Part shown: positions 62,801 to 64,000 of the stretch, in pieces
Numbering within the stretch: position 1 is the stretch's first letter
How the letters are laid out: the number at the start of each line of letters is the position of its first letter
Translations under genes and position numbers: made by a program
Notes under the pieces: generated by a model
What the model saw: only the letters and a program-made list of their open reading frames with translations
What the model was told of the DNA's origin: nothing
Databases searched by the model: none
Assembly (NCBI GenBank): GCA_001600815.1
Contig: BCKZ01000008.1
Coordinates: 310,001-374,000 of the forward strand
Direction: 5' to 3'
DNA length: 64,000 nt
Source: Alloascoidea hylecoeti
Lineage: Eukaryota

Positions 62801-62991
62801 ATGATTAGAGCCTTGAAGGCCTGGACTTCATCCCCTTGTACCGGTTGAATTTTCAGAGCATTCCATAGGGCTCTGGAGGTTTTGTGGTCCCAAGTATAAA
62901 CAATGCAGTTACGGACATGTTTCCGCTTAGGGGCCGACTCTTCTTGACTGGTGGCCTTTTTGACGGCAACAGAAAGGTCTGTGCTGCTCAT
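59863..62991 (-). CDS. SLA2: Sla2/End4 endocytic adaptor (ANTH, coiled coil, I/LWEQ)
   Basis: APKRKHVRNCIVYTWDHK, FYKKNNRWTEGLISAAKAVA, ASTAQLVAASRVKA, EMEQQVEILKL. Confidence 0.98.
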   Translation of the reverse strand: MSSTDLSVAVKKATSQEESAPKRKHVRNCIVYTWDHKTSRALWNALKIQPVQGDEVQAFKALIMIHKVLQEGHPSALVEAQRNIGFIESFGRVFHGDGFKGYGRLIREYDRYLLQKLNFHKLHPAFNGMFEYEEYISLKSTSDPNEGYEVILDLMSLQDSIDDLQKLIFASITHTKASECKISALTPLIAESYGIYKFCTSMLRAMHSVTGSDDALEPLRTRYASQHHRLFNFYSDCQSLRYLTSLITIPRLTVDPPDLFLDDDGNAPRLPKRRENEESSREVTPSPAPAADPAPVVDFWSTEQAQQQYEAEQLRLQQEREAELARQQQLAAQQQQQFEEQQRQQAEAQRLAQEQLLQQQVQAQAQGRVAELERDILNLRGQFEKDQLMLQQYDQRVRALETELAQVNSNTALQINSKDDMIKTLQEQINLWKSKYEALAKLYSQLRQEHLDLLNKYKQYKQKAASAQEAIEKREKAERDLKTKNLELADLIRERDRARYELDKVRGGSKDEVEKLERDIRLLKEKLDSTERSQSSNLSLILKQHQKEVADLEKRLSEQDGSRALNEDFEFKLRDKDEELEILQESLDTALQELANATNDRSAEDSALNDEIDKLILDHLGKLTSIIDSILLSSSKRIQDALFELDSPMQAGNQNSSPEYLLSVIEKASISATDFATAFNNFVAEGPNGDDHSEIINTAATFTTAVSDIVLNTKGIVRLAKTDIDADNIIGSARRSAQAAGKFFNSLLSENIKNLSVEEKTDKVIDENFVFQEELDKLFALADTLLPRSNLKKMDGDLGELVDREMESAADAIAAASERLTNLLERPQDPTISEFDMKINRAILAAAIAVTNAIALLIRAATESQREIVSQGRGSDSRTTFYKKNNRWTEGLISAAKAVAASTNILIETADGVLNAKNSPEQLIVASNEVAASTAQLVAASRVKATFMSKTQDRLESASKAVTSACRSLVNQVQEILSKRYKESHEEIDYSKFAPHVLKTTEMEQQVEILKLQNELEGARKKLGEIRKYSYKDEAEEGIVES

Positions 62992-63875
62992 TTCTCTTAG
63001 TTTAAATTTAATAGGCTTTGGTGTCTGTTGGAGGAGTAGTAGAACCGAAGGCTATGAATCAGGCGTATGGGTGTCCCGGACGCATATGCACGTTAACCTT
63101 GGGTTAGCCTGTATATTTTAATTCTTAATGGTAAAACTACTTCCAAACAGCTTTTCGTAATGATATTCAGCTATTGGAAGTAGCTCATGGCAAGATCAAC
63201 GTTGAAGGTGAGACAAAAAAAGTGGCAAATTTTAAAGGATCATTATGCGACGATAAAATGCAACATGGTTTTGTTTTAAACTTCACTTTCTTGGTTTACA
63301 ATCCAGATCTGTTGTATTTACATGCAACTTAATCTCTTTTACAAACCTTTTTGATATAAACTCCAAATATATATAATATTACCAGCTTAATTTATTGAGT
63401 TTGACAGGAAATGGCCTTCTGATAGCGGAAAGGGCCTAGGCCTGATAAAGTACTATCCAGATCTGTTGAAATGACGTTTTTCAAAGCTTTCAATCTAGTT
63501 CTACTTTCAATTTCAAGGCAATCTATTCATGAACTTTATTTTGTCAGTAATGGTTGTACAAATGATTCATAAATTATTCAAATTTATATATATATATATT
63601 TAAAAATGGCATAAATATTCATAAGTATTTTATAACAAAAGAGAAACATGTATACTAAAAGATTTATAAATTTATAAAAAAAATAACGAAAAAAAAAAAA
63701 AAAAAAAAAATAACAAGAATATATTTAAATTTTAAACATTTCTTCTTTATAACGTACCACAATCATAACTTGACAAAGACATAATTAAGCGAAATAATAA
63801 AAATAATTTAACATAATTAACTAATCAGGAATTTATAACAAAAATAATAATAGTAGGAATAATTTTTTTTAATAA

Positions 63876-64000
63876 TTAAAGATGAAAATCTTTTAATGAT
63901 TCATCTATATCATTATCAATATTTAAATTTCCATCAATACTAGGAGTGATATTATTTATCGAATGAGCTCTGACAAAAGGAGTTTCACCTAAACCATATA
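63876..64000 (-). CDS. Probable 3' end of an unidentified gene running off the window
   Basis: Open frame YGLGETPFVRAHSINNITPSIDGNLNIDNDIDESLKDFHL* followed by an AT-rich 3' region. Confidence 0.45.
   Translation of the reverse strand, partial: YGLGETPFVRAHSINNITPSIDGNLNIDNDIDESLKDFHL

Overview
AT-rich eukaryotic DNA from an ascomycete yeast with short introns (GTAWGT...CTAAY...YAG/AAG). An early-branching Saccharomycotina, Dipodascales-like origin is inferred, not proven. The right end is the mating-type locus: an alpha-box gene (MATalpha1) convergent with SLA2. Upstream of it lies an ~11 kb gene desert with pogo/Fot1 relics and an 811-bp foldback element with TA|CAGT ends, whose near-identical ~400-bp arms each consist of ~16 diverged 23-bp units. 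The middle is a conventional gene block: ERV29, an FBXO21-like gene, YjbQ/UPF0047, DAL3, a CX9C protein, an F-box gene, a MEP/AMT transporter with a 9-nt microexon, VID24/GID4, SIF2, JID1 and PXL1. The left third is accessory-like. It holds a protein with at least 10 shortened HMG-box repeats, a DUF4246 pseudogene cut by a Tc1 relic, SSQ1, PRE5, an orphan ORF, and a helicase-domain-only Sen1 paralog followed by a split, partly inverted pseudogene copy. All family calls are by motif recognition; no database searches were run.
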